Source of the DNA: a virus
Lineage: Duplodnaviria; Caudoviricetes
Reading direction: 5' to 3' (one strand)
Virus record (IMG/VR): IMGVR_UViG_3300037067_017859
Coordinates: 32,001 to 96,000 of that record
Length of the DNA: 64,000 nucleotides
The position numbers and the translations under genes were made by a program. Shown piece by piece: positions 53,865 through 64,000 of the stretch. Position 1 is the first letter of the stretch. Each line of letters begins with the position of its first letter. The notes under the pieces were generated by a model. The model did no database searches and was not told where the DNA came from. It saw only the letters and a list, made by a program, of their open reading frames with translations.

Positions 53865-56800
53865 CTAAAAACTCTGAGGGGGAACAAGTTTTATTCTGGC
53901 GTATCCATCTTCCCCATTCATGGTTTTGATTTCGACTTCGCTCTTTTCCCAATAAAGCTGGAAGGCAAAGGATGATGTGAAAATAAGTCTAAAAAGTCTT
54001 CCGCGAATGGCGCTCTCCAGATCTACTCGTATTTTGGAATGTCCTGTTGCTCTTCGATCTGCCACGATAGTTTTTGTCGAAGCCAGGACATCATCAGCAT
54101 AGAGTTCCATCGTTACATCAGAATCCGGATTTTTCATGGCAATCCAGAAACGACGAATTATCTTTGTCCGATCGTAATTCATCAACTGTTCGTAAGTATC
54201 CGAAAAGGTCACATCGGCCGGATCCTTATCGATTACAAACCTCGCGCTATAAACTCTGACTCCTTGTGGCAGACAACAGAAAGGATCGAGGTAATCTTCG
54301 TCGACGGTGAGGCGTCCAAGTTTTCCGAAGGAATCCTTCTCAATAGAATGAGTCACCAATTGCCTGGTCGCACATTGAACGTCGAAGCTTTCCTTGATTG
54401 CGCCATCAAGCCAGAAGTCAAAGGTTATAGGTACATTGTTGGTATCGATATCCAGGACTACTTCTTTCCATAGCTTTGGATAAGGCCATTGTTCTTCTGA
54501 CCAGGGCATCTGGAAACTATTAATCAGCGCCGGCTCTTCGATCACAGTAAATTTGTGGGCATAAACCTTAACTTCATTTTCTCCGGTCGGAACAATTTTC
54601 AATCTAACCAGAGTTCCTCTGATATCAGGAGGAAGCCCATAAAAGAATCTTTGCCGGCCCGTACTGGTTGTGTTTGCCCGGATCGTAGTGGCTAAAGCTT
54701 GATCGACCTGAACCTGGATCTCCTCGAGAGGGGCTCCAAAGGTATCCAATTCAATCATCAATTCTCTGAAATATTTTTGAGTCGGGACACCGCAATCATC
54801 CCACTGTGTAACAAAGGTTCGGTGTCGAATTGGCTCAATCAATATCCGGTGAATGATCTTGTAGAATCTGGTTAGACCTGTGGCCGTTATTAAGGTCGTC
54901 GCCATCATCCTGATACGGGTTCTCCGGCAGAATTTACCTTCTGACACACCGACAAGAATTGGAAGGATCTTTTGCTCTCTCCCCGAAGTGATTACGCTGC
55001 CCATCGGATCTGGTTCAGCGCCGTCGAAAGAAAGCTGGACTGCAATTGCGTATCCCTGAGTATCCACGTCAAAGACATAATCTATAAATTGCTTTTCTTG
55101 GTCGGGCATGCCAAGGTCATAATCTTTGGTATCCACAACCCAAGATATTCCCTGAGCGCCGTCTGCGCAGTAATCGACAAAACCCTCCTCGAGTTGAAGA
55201 GGCCAATTACCGCCATAAAGATAGGAGACAGGTCCATCGAGGATGGAGGCCCCCATCGCCACATTGCAACCGACTAGAATGTTAGTATTGGGTTCACTAA
55301 ATAGACATTGAGCGCCGTATCCATAAAAATGCCAGCGTTCATAGAGCATGTCCCAAACGTACATTCCATCATTTTTAATTGAGGTATCAGAGGACATTGG
55401 GAAACTGAAATACATCTTTGAATCCCAAAAGGCCATTGCAGCAAGGTATTCCCGGCCTTTTATCATCCCTGGCATGCTATTCATGGTCTCATTTTTAAAG
55501 ACCTGGTTTATGGGTTCGCTAATTTTACGACCAGATGGAAACTCATAAATTCCATCATATGCCTGCATATAAAGTCCGCGAGTCCCCCGCGCCAGGCCAT
55601 GAGGATTGATCAAACCTTGGTTGACGGCTGTCGACGGCGCCGAATAATCGCTAAGGGTGGAACCTGTGATTCTATAGACTCGAGTCAGAGTAAAAACAAA
55701 GAGTTCTCCGTCATGTTCCATTACTCTTTGAATTTGCTCTGATCCGGCGCCAACATAGATATAATTCTCAGCCGGGAAGAGTTCTATTCTAACCCTCTTT
55801 GAAAATCTCAAACGATTAGGCGGCTCAGGGATTACATTTCCATCGGAATCTGTATAAGTTCCGCCCCATGTCCAAAGTCGATTATCGTAAACCTCAATTC
55901 CCAATACGTTGTCTACAGGCAACTGGTTATCCAGTTCTGCGGGATCTCCTAATTCAGAATCAGGAATATTGTCTAAGAAGGCCGCCGGCGTTCCTCCTGA
56001 AACATAGTCTATCTCCGCAACGAATTGGAATTGCGTAATAGTGCCGCCCATCCTATATATTCTGATTTTGTCCGGATTTGCCAATGGAGGAGTGGTGAAC
56101 GGAGAAGGCGGAAAATACAAATTCACCTGTTCGTCGGTCAGGGGCCCGAGATTGTTAATAAATATATCAGACAGATCACTTTCGGTATCCGTCTTGCTGT
56201 CATAATAAGTGTAGGCCCATTGAAGATCGCTCCCGATTAATTTGCCAGTGGGAGAATAAGTTACACTATCGAAACTGACACTGTTGGTTTTCCCGCCTGT
56301 GGCTGGATCAATGTTGTCAATTTCAAGGCTGATCCCGCTAATCGTGTTCCATCCGAGGGCTGATTGAGTTTCCCCGCTATTATTCTGAAAAACAAAATCA
56401 GTTTTAGCAATTTGAATTTCTGTCCAAGTGCCAACAACGAAGGTGTCAAAATCTGAAAATGTTCCCGTAGCGAAATACTGATAGTTTGATCCTGTATCTC
56501 CCGGGATATCGCTAACAACCAGAATGATTTTAATCGCCGCAGCATTGGCAATTGCCTCAGCACTGTTAAACTTCACCCAAACTTTTATATATTCTCCGGG
56601 GTCGGACGATCCCATATCAACGATGATGAAATTGCCATATTCATTGGTAAAAGCTTTTGTCGCTCTTCCCATGACTCCATCTCCGGTAATGTCTATCTGA
56701 ATAGCATTCCCGGTTTTCCCGACCGCATCATTAGAAACGGTCCCTTTATTGCACAGAGGAACACCCAAAGAAGAAGGGTCAATCCCTTCAGAGGGCTCGT

Positions 56801-58163
56801 CGTAAATGTCGGTTAGAGCCATCGGAGCGGCGTTTACCAATCTCAGGTTATCCGGATCCGTACCAACATAAAGATTCCAGGAAACTGCGCCTACGGGAGC
56901 CGTGTCGGCTGCATCGTAAGTGTTGACAACATAAGCCAATCCAATTTTATCAATATACCTATGAGCGCGTCCCTTAAACCCCATGAGAAGATGAGAAGCA
57001 GTAGCAGTCCCGGCCGGAACGTCTATGCTATAGGCGGTTGTCGTTATGGCGCCAGCACCGGAACCACCGTAGGAAACGGTTCTTTTATTGGTCGTGAGGA
57101 TCATGGAATAGACGTAAGTTCCGGACAGGAAAACCCCATATCCTCCATGGATATTTGTTATATATTCATCGATATCCAGCGTAAGAGTGCTAACCGATCC
57201 TCCCTCGCCGCCATGCTGACCACCGTGCGCTGGACCATCAGTGATCGTACCATCCGGAGATTGATACACCAATTGAACCATGTCGATGTAATCACCCGCC
57301 AGGACTTTGATCTGATAAACCCTGGATCCGGCAGGAAACATCGTCAGATCATCAGTAAAGGCGTCTCCTCCAGCGCCGCCATATTCAGAAGTATAGGCCA
57401 TGGTAATGTCAGGCTTTTTCCAGAAAATTCGTGCGGATTTTTCTGGTGGAATCCAGACGTAAGGATTAGATATTCCGCTCGGACAGCTTTCAACTGCGCT
57501 GCCATCAATAAAAGTATGTTTGGCGTAATACCATCGAGGTCCTAAAACTCCAGGACTATTTCCCCACCAAATCGTAGGACAATAAGGCGCTGCGACTGCG
57601 GCGGCGTCTCCACCTGTCCATTTGGTGTAATCTTCGCAGGCTTCAATTACCGTATCTGTAGTTGGGACAACAGCTATCGATTCCAGAGGTTTTTCTGGTC
57701 GAGGGATTCCAATTCTTCTTAAAGCGTCGGCATTCCCTGAATGCTTCAAGAAAACAGTCCCATCCGCCATAATCATGTAGGGTTTTGTTTCTATGCCGCT
57801 CAAGGTATAGTTAGCAAAGAACGCCCGTGGGTCCACCCCAGTAGATAAATTAGAACCGCCTGATACTGGTACAAAATCTGATGGGATTGGAGAAACTTGA
57901 GCGATATATAATTGCCCACCGGCAATCACATATCGCCAAACATTTCCGTCATAATCTTTCATTAAGTAAGACGAACAAGGGATTGAGGTCAAACCTGCAT
58001 TTAAACGAGCGAAACCTTTTCTCACTGCAAGGGAATTCTCACGATCAGTGAAAACATTCACAAGCGCGGTGTAGGCGTCAATCGGAATCTCATCCGGAGC
58101 AGCCTTTAGAATAATGCCTTTATTGGCAAAAGTTATAGGGATACTCTTAATTTCCTCAGCCAT
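53865..58163 (-). CDS. tail hub/stabilisation (P22 gp10-like) protein with an inserted jacalin-like lectin domain
   Basis: N-terminal NV...LAVRKGF; RLRFS; propeller-like repeats; jacalin pattern at ~56930-57390. Confidence 0.7.
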   Translation of the reverse strand: MAEEIKSIPITFANKGIILKAAPDEIPIDAYTALVNVFTDRENSLAVRKGFARLNAGLTSIPCSSYLMKDYDGNVWRYVIAGGQLYIAQVSPIPSDFVPVSGGSNLSTGVDPRAFFANYTLSGIETKPYMIMADGTVFLKHSGNADALRRIGIPRPEKPLESIAVVPTTDTVIEACEDYTKWTGGDAAAVAAPYCPTIWWGNSPGVLGPRWYYAKHTFIDGSAVESCPSGISNPYVWIPPEKSARIFWKKPDITMAYTSEYGGAGGDAFTDDLTMFPAGSRVYQIKVLAGDYIDMVQLVYQSPDGTITDGPAHGGQHGGEGGSVSTLTLDIDEYITNIHGGYGVFLSGTYVYSMILTTNKRTVSYGGSGAGAITTTAYSIDVPAGTATASHLLMGFKGRAHRYIDKIGLAYVVNTYDAADTAPVGAVSWNLYVGTDPDNLRLVNAAPMALTDIYDEPSEGIDPSSLGVPLCNKGTVSNDAVGKTGNAIQIDITGDGVMGRATKAFTNEYGNFIIVDMGSSDPGEYIKVWVKFNSAEAIANAAAIKIILVVSDIPGDTGSNYQYFATGTFSDFDTFVVGTWTEIQIAKTDFVFQNNSGETQSALGWNTISGISLEIDNIDPATGGKTNSVSFDSVTYSPTGKLIGSDLQWAYTYYDSKTDTESDLSDIFINNLGPLTDEQVNLYFPPSPFTTPPLANPDKIRIYRMGGTITQFQFVAEIDYVSGGTPAAFLDNIPDSELGDPAELDNQLPVDNVLGIEVYDNRLWTWGGTYTDSDGNVIPEPPNRLRFSKRVRIELFPAENYIYVGAGSEQIQRVMEHDGELFVFTLTRVYRITGSTLSDYSAPSTAVNQGLINPHGLARGTRGLYMQAYDGIYEFPSGRKISEPINQVFKNETMNSMPGMIKGREYLAAMAFWDSKMYFSFPMSSDTSIKNDGMYVWDMLYERWHFYGYGAQCLFSEPNTNILVGCNVAMGASILDGPVSYLYGGNWPLQLEEGFVDYCADGAQGISWVVDTKDYDLGMPDQEKQFIDYVFDVDTQGYAIAVQLSFDGAEPDPMGSVITSGREQKILPILVGVSEGKFCRRTRIRMMATTLITATGLTRFYKIIHRILIEPIRHRTFVTQWDDCGVPTQKYFRELMIELDTFGAPLEEIQVQVDQALATTIRANTTSTGRQRFFYGLPPDIRGTLVRLKIVPTGENEVKVYAHKFTVIEEPALINSFQMPWSEEQWPYPKLWKEVVLDIDTNNVPITFDFWLDGAIKESFDVQCATRQLVTHSIEKDSFGKLGRLTVDEDYLDPFCCLPQGVRVYSARFVIDKDPADVTFSDTYEQLMNYDRTKIIRRFWIAMKNPDSDVTMELYADDVLASTKTIVADRRATGHSKIRVDLESAIRGRLFRLIFTSSFAFQLYWEKSEVEIKTMNGEDGYARIKLVPPQSF

Positions 58164-58165
58164 AA

Positions 58166-58825
58166 TTAACCCGCCGCATTCATTTGCAAGGCTGTTCCAA
58201 AAACCAACCTATTAGCCAGAGCAACTCCAAGCAGATATCTTTGCTGACAATATGCACTCCGGGCAATATCCTGCATGTCACCATCTTTCCCGAGCGCCAG
58301 TGAAAGAACATTCCAACGAATATAGGGTTCCCAGGCATCTATAAAGGGGATGTCTTCCAAGTACCCGGCCGGATAAGCCACATGCTCCACTGGAATAACC
58401 GTACAAAAGAATCTGAATGTTCCACCTGCTACCGGGCGCCGATCGACCTCGAGATCGTTCACATTCAAATGGTCCTCATGCCAATAGCGCGGAGCTCCAG
58501 GAGAATTATTCCTCCAGTTTTGGTTTTCCCTGCTTAAATCCCAAGTCGTTTGCCGGCGCATTCTTTTTCCATTAAAACTAATTCTTTCAATATCCATTGC
58601 ACCAGAGGGCTTTTGAAACAGTATGGCATTTCCAGCCGGTAGAATTATAGGGAGGTCTGAAACTACGATAGCAGTTCTCCGAAGGAAATCCTTCTCTGTG
58701 TAATTGATATAGCTAATCATTTCATCGGGGGTCCAGTAGGGCGCATGAGTCCCGAGCGCAAAAGTGTTATCTTTTTCGTGAAGATCCTTTGCCACTTTAG
58801 ATAAAACCTGGCCAACCGTTGTCAT
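58166..58825 (-). CDS. putative head-tail adaptor protein
   Basis: YWTPDEMISYIN...PRYW; paralog of the next gene. Confidence 0.6.
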   Translation of the reverse strand: MTTVGQVLSKVAKDLHEKDNTFALGTHAPYWTPDEMISYINYTEKDFLRRTAIVVSDLPIILPAGNAILFQKPSGAMDIERISFNGKRMRRQTTWDLSRENQNWRNNSPGAPRYWHEDHLNVNDLEVDRRPVAGGTFRFFCTVIPVEHVAYPAGYLEDIPFIDAWEPYIRWNVLSLALGKDGDMQDIARSAYCQQRYLLGVALANRLVFGTALQMNAAG

Positions 58826-59511
58826 TATGACTTGCTCCCCGGCGTAACATTCCCAATCATCGTAACCTCAGAAGATTTTGTTTCTGGCGCCACATCCCAA
58901 GATGGGTATCTTCTAATCACATTACGGCCACTTAATTCTTGAACTGCCGTAAGGAATCTTCCATAGAAAGCTTCCAATTGATTTAACTCCGGTCCTCCTT
59001 CACGAAACATTGCTCGATGCACCATGTAATCCTCAATCGCCGGTTCATACTCAGGACGAATTGAAAGAATCATAGATCCATCAGTGATTATTGGATGCTG
59101 GATCAATTCTTCAACCTGCATAAAGGTCGGATTTGTCAGAGGCCGGGGGGCAATAATAAATTTATTAGAACCAAGACCGCACCAGGTAGCGATATTCATT
59201 CTTACCGCCGAAGGACTCTCCCACTGAATTTCATTATCCAGATCTTCTATAAATTCCTTTTGAAGATATTTCCCGTTCACTCTTATCGCCAAAGGAGCAA
59301 TGGCAGTTGACGAAATTGCATAGAGATTTACATTGACCTGGCTGGTGATTGATTCTGTTCCCTGAATTTCGGCAGATATGAGATTCAGTTCATTGACCGC
59401 TTCTGTGAGATATTCGAGCATATCCGCTCGAGTCCAATGAACTGGATTCGTAATGCTCAATTCGGAAAGGCGCCGAATCGCCTGATCTATTATTTGACTT
59501 GTCGTTGCCAT
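58825..59511 (-). CDS. putative head-tail adaptor protein
   Basis: HWTRADMLEYLTEA...IAPRP...YEPAIEDY. Confidence 0.6.
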   Translation of the reverse strand: MATTSQIIDQAIRRLSELSITNPVHWTRADMLEYLTEAVNELNLISAEIQGTESITSQVNVNLYAISSTAIAPLAIRVNGKYLQKEFIEDLDNEIQWESPSAVRMNIATWCGLGSNKFIIAPRPLTNPTFMQVEELIQHPIITDGSMILSIRPEYEPAIEDYMVHRAMFREGGPELNQLEAFYGRFLTAVQELSGRNVIRRYPSWDVAPETKSSEVTMIGNVTPGSKS

Positions 59512-59525
59512 TGGCGCTCACAGTG

Positions 59526-59882
59526 TTAAGTTGTCCTTGTTACTTCCGGCAACACGATCAGTCGACCGGATGCTATTGTGTAAATATTCCCCTGAGAATC
59601 CTTGATCTGAGCATCCCAAACTAAAATCGTTTTTAAATTTGGCACCAGCAAGGTATCTGCGCTTGCAATCGTCACTTGAGCAATACCTTGCGTTGGATTA
59701 GTGATAACGATCCCGCCATTTAATGTGGATTTCTGAAAAACGGCAGCCGCATCAAGATCTGAATATTGGTTTTTTGCCGTAAACCATATAGAACTTCCAG
59801 TGAGATTATAAATAGATCCACCCGACGTAACCGCCAGGTTGAGTTTCACTGTATCGCTGCGGTATATCGTTAGATCTGACAT
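59526..59882 (-). CDS. BppU-N-like Ig-fold virion protein
   Basis: IYRSDT...YNLTG...FTAK...ITNPTQG...DT...WDAQ...SGRL. Confidence 0.6.
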   Translation of the reverse strand: MSDLTIYRSDTVKLNLAVTSGGSIYNLTGSSIWFTAKNQYSDLDAAAVFQKSTLNGGIVITNPTQGIAQVTIASADTLLVPNLKTILVWDAQIKDSQGNIYTIASGRLIVLPEVTRTT

Positions 59883-59889
59883 TTTAGCC

Positions 59890-60201
59890 TCATTGTGCGC
59901 ATCTCACGATCGCTGTAGGGGAAGCAACTTGGGTTACAACAGCTTGCGGGACGCAGTAAAGATTAGTGGTCGAAGTGCATGTTACAATCGCTCCCGCGCC
60001 ACCTTGATCGTCAGGAGTGACTTGGATAATAAATCTTTGGAGAATAAAACCAATTTGATAGGTTGTCTCAATAGTGCTTTGAGTCCCTACGCCTATGACA
60101 AATGGCAGAGGCGAATTCCTATCCGTTTGACCTGTAGCAATCGGGTCTACTGGAAAAACTCTATTCGGATTAGGAATCGGGAATATGCGGCCAATCGTCA
60201 T
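59890..60201 (-). CDS. hypothetical virion protein
   Basis: ORF track; operon continuity. Confidence 0.55.
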   Translation of the reverse strand: MTIGRIFPIPNPNRVFPVDPIATGQTDRNSPLPFVIGVGTQSTIETTYQIGFILQRFIIQVTPDDQGGAGAIVTCTSTTNLYCVPQAVVTQVASPTAIVRCAQ

Positions 60202-62423
60202 TAAATTGCATCTCCAATGATTATCCCTTTATTCACAGAGAAAGTGCTTAAAATGCCAGTATGGTCATGCATCCTGTTATTTTGACAAAAAACTATAACT
60301 GGCTTTAAACCGCTTATTATGCCTCCTGGGACATAAGTGTTCATTGTGGTGTAAGCTATTGGCGTCCATGTCCCTCCGCTATCGAGGCTATACTCAAAAG
60401 TATAGAACCCAAAAACTTTTGCAGTCGGAGACTCTTGAATTGTCAATCGCAGATCAAGAGTAAAAGGGGCTGCCGGCATAGCAATGGTTGTCAGAACCTC
60501 TGGACCTAGTGTAATAGTCCCGCCGCCGTCAATCGCAACTTCTCCAATCTCTAGTTTTGCCCCACTGGAATATGTAGCCCGGGCTGCGATCCCCCTTATA
60601 TAATGTGACGCTCCGCCCAGGGCCGCCAGTGAGTTTATGGTTTCCATAAATAAACACATGCTGGTAGTGGTAACTGTATGGGAACCATCATCATCAAGGG
60701 TAAGAGCGGTAAATCCAGCCGTCACCTGGATTAATCCGGCTTCATCTGGAACAATTCTCGATCTATGAGCAACCCCCCAAAATCCATATTTATTAGTTCC
60801 GGTTGCTAAAGGAGTAGTGAAAGTCAATGTTCCATTTGCGTTGAGCGTCAGTGTACCTTGAGTCCCTCCTACCAGGCGGACCCACCATTTTGGATCTGTA
60901 AATGAAGTATAATCTGTTGGCCCTAAAAGGCCATCTCCTCCAACGTACCCCGTACTATGAGCATTGCTATTGTCATTTCGGCTATAAGCATTTTCAAACC
61001 AAACCCTGGCCTCAACCTGAGTTACAGCGGCAGGGACAGCAATTGGAGCACTGACAAATTCTCTCGATGAAACATCATCAAGAAATCCTTCAGGAGAGAA
61101 ATCAAAAAAAGTGGGAGACCAAAACCCTCCATTGGGTTGGGCTCCGAGAAATCCTTCAGTTGTCCAGGTCCAGGGAGCTTTGACAATCTTCATTCTTACC
61201 TGATCATAAACTCCGCCTCCCATATGGGCGCTTAGAAGCGGTCGCCATTTTCCAACTGTTGTTATATTTACGCCGGAAATGGATTTGACGACAAGCCATT
61301 GGCATTTAGAAAGAGTCCAGGTTCCATTTCCAAGAACGTCAACAAGAATTAAATCTCCAACCGCAGCCGTTCCCCATGCCGCAGGAGTAACAAATTGGAG
61401 TGTCGCAGGATCAAACTGATGGTCTGCTCCAGATCCATCGTAATGGGTTGCAGCGGCGCCTGCATTATCATCCAGTTCGCGCCAGCTTCCAGTAGAAGCA
61501 TCTTTAACTTGGACGCACCAATATTGGATTATATTGCCATTTGTCGCCGGCCTGGTCACATGGGCAATATAAGTTCCTGGGATTGCTCCCTTTTCGAGCG
61601 TTACCGCCCATCCTGAAGGAGCTCCAGAATCATAAGTCGTATTTGTAACTACGGTCTGCGTAACTGTCTGAGGACTTAAATTCCCATCCGTCCACCGAGA
61701 CCAGCCAGATACGTTATGTATTTTCCAAGCAAAATACCAAGTTCCTTGAGCAGAACTCGTCCATTGATAAAGAGCCCCTTCTTGGTTAGCTACTATCCCT
61801 GTAATGATAAGTTTTGTGGTCCCATCATGAGCAAAAGTACCACCTTCTGCGGCCGTCCTTAAATCCTCAAATTCTGGAAGTGCATCTCCCGGGGCAACCA
61901 GCATCGCTCGGAATTCAGCTTCATCTATTCCAACATAATTTTTCCCTGCCAGTACCGTAGCTGTAATATCCAATCCTCTTGCAACCGATTGAGCAACAAG
62001 TTGGTCAGGGGTGGATTGGACATTAGCGGAAAATGCCGATACTGCATATGTGATCTCAATCGCATATGTTTGCGCAGAAGCATCATTATTGGTCAATCGA
62101 CAAAAAAGACTGAGGGCGGAAGTGTCGTCATAATACCTGGCAACAAACCCTTCATTGCGTTCTGCGTATGATCCGGCATTATCCTCTACTGGATCATAAA
62201 AAACCGCTCCCGCGAAAGCGCCAGAATCATAGAGAAGTTCGGCCGGCAATCGCGTAGAATTAGAAAATATTTGTAATTGACTTGTCGTTCCTCCGCCAGA
62301 GGGAGTGATTTTGATTTTAAAAATGTCCACAAAGTTATTGGTGAGAGTCCGAGCGAAATCGAGTACTCCTCCGCTACCAGCTACGGATGCTGATGTAAAT
62401 GAATCAACAAGATACCTGCCCAT
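60201..62423 (-). CDS. putative tail fibre / receptor-binding protein (paralog of the upstream gene)
   Basis: Beta/Gly/Thr-rich; shares an internal module with 62424-64000. Confidence 0.65.
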   Translation of the reverse strand: MGRYLVDSFTSASVAGSGGVLDFARTLTNNFVDIFKIKITPSGGGTTSQLQIFSNSTRLPAELLYDSGAFAGAVFYDPVEDNAGSYAERNEGFVARYYDDTSALSLFCRLTNNDASAQTYAIEITYAVSAFSANVQSTPDQLVAQSVARGLDITATVLAGKNYVGIDEAEFRAMLVAPGDALPEFEDLRTAAEGGTFAHDGTTKLIITGIVANQEGALYQWTSSAQGTWYFAWKIHNVSGWSRWTDGNLSPQTVTQTVVTNTTYDSGAPSGWAVTLEKGAIPGTYIAHVTRPATNGNIIQYWCVQVKDASTGSWRELDDNAGAAATHYDGSGADHQFDPATLQFVTPAAWGTAAVGDLILVDVLGNGTWTLSKCQWLVVKSISGVNITTVGKWRPLLSAHMGGGVYDQVRMKIVKAPWTWTTEGFLGAQPNGGFWSPTFFDFSPEGFLDDVSSREFVSAPIAVPAAVTQVEARVWFENAYSRNDNSNAHSTGYVGGDGLLGPTDYTSFTDPKWWVRLVGGTQGTLTLNANGTLTFTTPLATGTNKYGFWGVAHRSRIVPDEAGLIQVTAGFTALTLDDDGSHTVTTTSMCLFMETINSLAALGGASHYIRGIAARATYSSGAKLEIGEVAIDGGGTITLGPEVLTTIAMPAAPFTLDLRLTIQESPTAKVFGFYTFEYSLDSGGTWTPIAYTTMNTYVPGGIISGLKPVIVFCQNNRMHDHTGILSTFSVNKGIIIGDAI

Positions 62424-64000
62424 TTAAAATACCTCTCCGAGGCCAGTAATAATTTCAGCTTCAACTAAAGTGGCAGTCGCCCCATTCAACCGGCAGTTCC
62501 CAAACCATCCAATGAACACATCTGCGCCTTTAATCGAAGGACTAAAATCCCTCCCTATCAACCCATAAGTGCTAGAAGAATAGATCCCTGATCCGCCAAG
62601 CCGCCATTCAATTTTCTGTTCAGAAAAATTACCACTGTATGACCATGCCCCCCAATTAGCTATTATCTCAATTGTTGATCCGGGAACAGGTCGATCTACG
62701 CTGGTGCTGGTATAAGCATTATATCCTTTAGAATATGGGTCTGCGAGGTCTCCACCAATGCCAGCGTCGTAATTTTTAGCAGGAGAAGTTGAACCACCCA
62801 TTTTTACTTTTGCATTTGTACCAATTATGAAAAGTGCTAATGGGAACAGACCCCCATAACCGTGAAACCCATCCGTAAGCCATATTCCTAAACCAAGTCT
62901 ATCCGCAGAGGCAAGGCCAACAGGCAAGGTCACATTGGTAAATTTTGCACGTACTCTAATAGTAAAATCAGGAGCAGGCCACATCCGAAATCTTCCACGC
63001 ACACCCACAACTCCGGCATGACTGCTTTCTGATGCCCCAACAACAGACATTATGGCAGACCCATTAGAGAAGGTGAGAGTTCCATAATTCGCCGGTGGAT
63101 ATATCGGAACCCAAAGAGATCGATCGCTGAAATCTGTCATTATCCCCGGTATTATTATTGCCGGCCCTGCCGTCCCTTGAGTATAAACACTATGATTCAA
63201 AGTGTCGTCTGACCTGCTGTAACAATTTTCGAACCAAACTCGCGCCTCAACCTGAGTGGTTCCAGCAGGTATTGGAATCGGAGCCGAAACAAATTGCTTC
63301 GTTGAATAATCTCCGGCGATCCATCCAATTCCCTTCTCTTGATTTATGTCTGATCCAATATTGCCCTCTGGCCAGTAGCCTAAACCCGGTTGAGCGCCAA
63401 AATATCCATCAGTGCTCCAGGTCCAGGGAGGCTTTACAATCTTTATTCTAAGATCGGCAGTTACTCCTCCACGGAGATTGGGACCAATATACAGAGTTGT
63501 GGTCCCAAGATCATTTTCTCCAATAATAAACCACATGCAATAATTGACATCAAAATTCCCGCCGCGCACGTCGACAAGAACCAAATCACCAACAACGGCC
63601 GTTCCCCAACCAGATGTTGGTTTTGTGAGATATCCCGTTGCATAGGAATGAGAAACTAAGGATCCATCATAATGAGTTTCCGCGGCCCCGGCATTGGCAT
63701 CCAGAGTTCTCCAACTTCCAGTGGAAACATCTTTAACTTGGACGCACCAGGACAAAAGATTATTACCATTTGTTCTCGGACGACAGGCCCGAACAATAAC
63801 CGTATTAGCGGCTGGTCCAGTCTCGAGAGAAATATCCCAATCCGCTGGCGGTCCAGTATCAGAGAAATTCTGTGTATCGACATACTGAACCACAAAAGAG
63901 GGAGTCGAATTTCCGTCAGTCCAGAGAGACCAACCCACGGCATTTTTTATCCTGGCTGTCACATACCATCGTCCCTGCGCTGCCGACGCCCATTGCCATT
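62424..64000 (-). CDS. putative tail fibre / receptor-binding protein, 3' part (open to the right edge)
   Basis: The frame stays open upstream of the GTG at 63962 (WQWASAAQGRWYVTAR) and aligns with the paralog (YQWTSSAQGTWYFAWK). Confidence 0.7.
   Translation of the reverse strand, partial: WQWASAAQGRWYVTARIKNAVGWSLWTDGNSTPSFVVQYVDTQNFSDTGPPADWDISLETGPAANTVIVRACRPRTNGNNLLSWCVQVKDVSTGSWRTLDANAGAAETHYDGSLVSHSYATGYLTKPTSGWGTAVVGDLVLVDVRGGNFDVNYCMWFIIGENDLGTTTLYIGPNLRGGVTADLRIKIVKPPWTWSTDGYFGAQPGLGYWPEGNIGSDINQEKGIGWIAGDYSTKQFVSAPIPIPAGTTQVEARVWFENCYSRSDDTLNHSVYTQGTAGPAIIIPGIMTDFSDRSLWVPIYPPANYGTLTFSNGSAIMSVVGASESSHAGVVGVRGRFRMWPAPDFTIRVRAKFTNVTLPVGLASADRLGLGIWLTDGFHGYGGLFPLALFIIGTNAKVKMGGSTSPAKNYDAGIGGDLADPYSKGYNAYTSTSVDRPVPGSTIEIIANWGAWSYSGNFSEQKIEWRLGGSGIYSSSTYGLIGRDFSPSIKGADVFIGWFGNCRLNGATATLVEAEIITGLGEVF

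Noticed and set aside
60201-64000. Diversity-generating retroelement TR/VR pair
   Set aside because: Differences are not adenine-specific, both copies are coding, and no reverse transcriptase is in the window.

Overview
The whole window looks like part of a tailed dsDNA phage genome, probably podovirus-like: it has a P22-gp10-like tail hub, ejection-type proteins and no visible tape measure. No host housekeeping genes, rRNA, tRNA or CRISPR array were seen. Layout: (i) 1-5.5 kb, leftward small genes, including a partial dUTPase and an HU-like protein; (ii) 5.7-13.8 kb, a rightward early-type region of small genes (RadC/JAB, a beta-clamp-like protein) punctuated by six copies of a conserved, covarying stem-loop element that fills the intergenic spaces; (iii) 13.9-19.1 kb, a terminase-small-like gene, a truncated C5 methyltransferase, a minimal tyrosine recombinase, a small protein/sRNA/uORF module and a methyltransferase-GT2-GT2 fusion; (iv) 19.3-31.7 kb, a leftward replication/recombination operon (DnaB, DnaC-like loader, initiator with internal origin-like repeats, HNH, SSB, SbcC/SbcD, DNA methyltransferase, putative annealase); (v) 31.8-34.7 kb, a lysis/envelope cassette; (vi) 34.7-64 kb, a virion module with a 4231-aa polyvalent protein (GGDEF, ART-like, N6-MTase, Strawberry-notch helicase, zincin, LPD38-like) and tail genes, one with an inserted jacalin lectin. 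The most notable unexplained signals are the six-copy structured intergenic element, a dispersed 15-bp palindrome GTAAACCCGGTTTAC, a near-consensus parS site, and a diguanylate-cyclase-like domain in the giant virion protein. All family assignments come from motifs recognised by eye; no searches were run.
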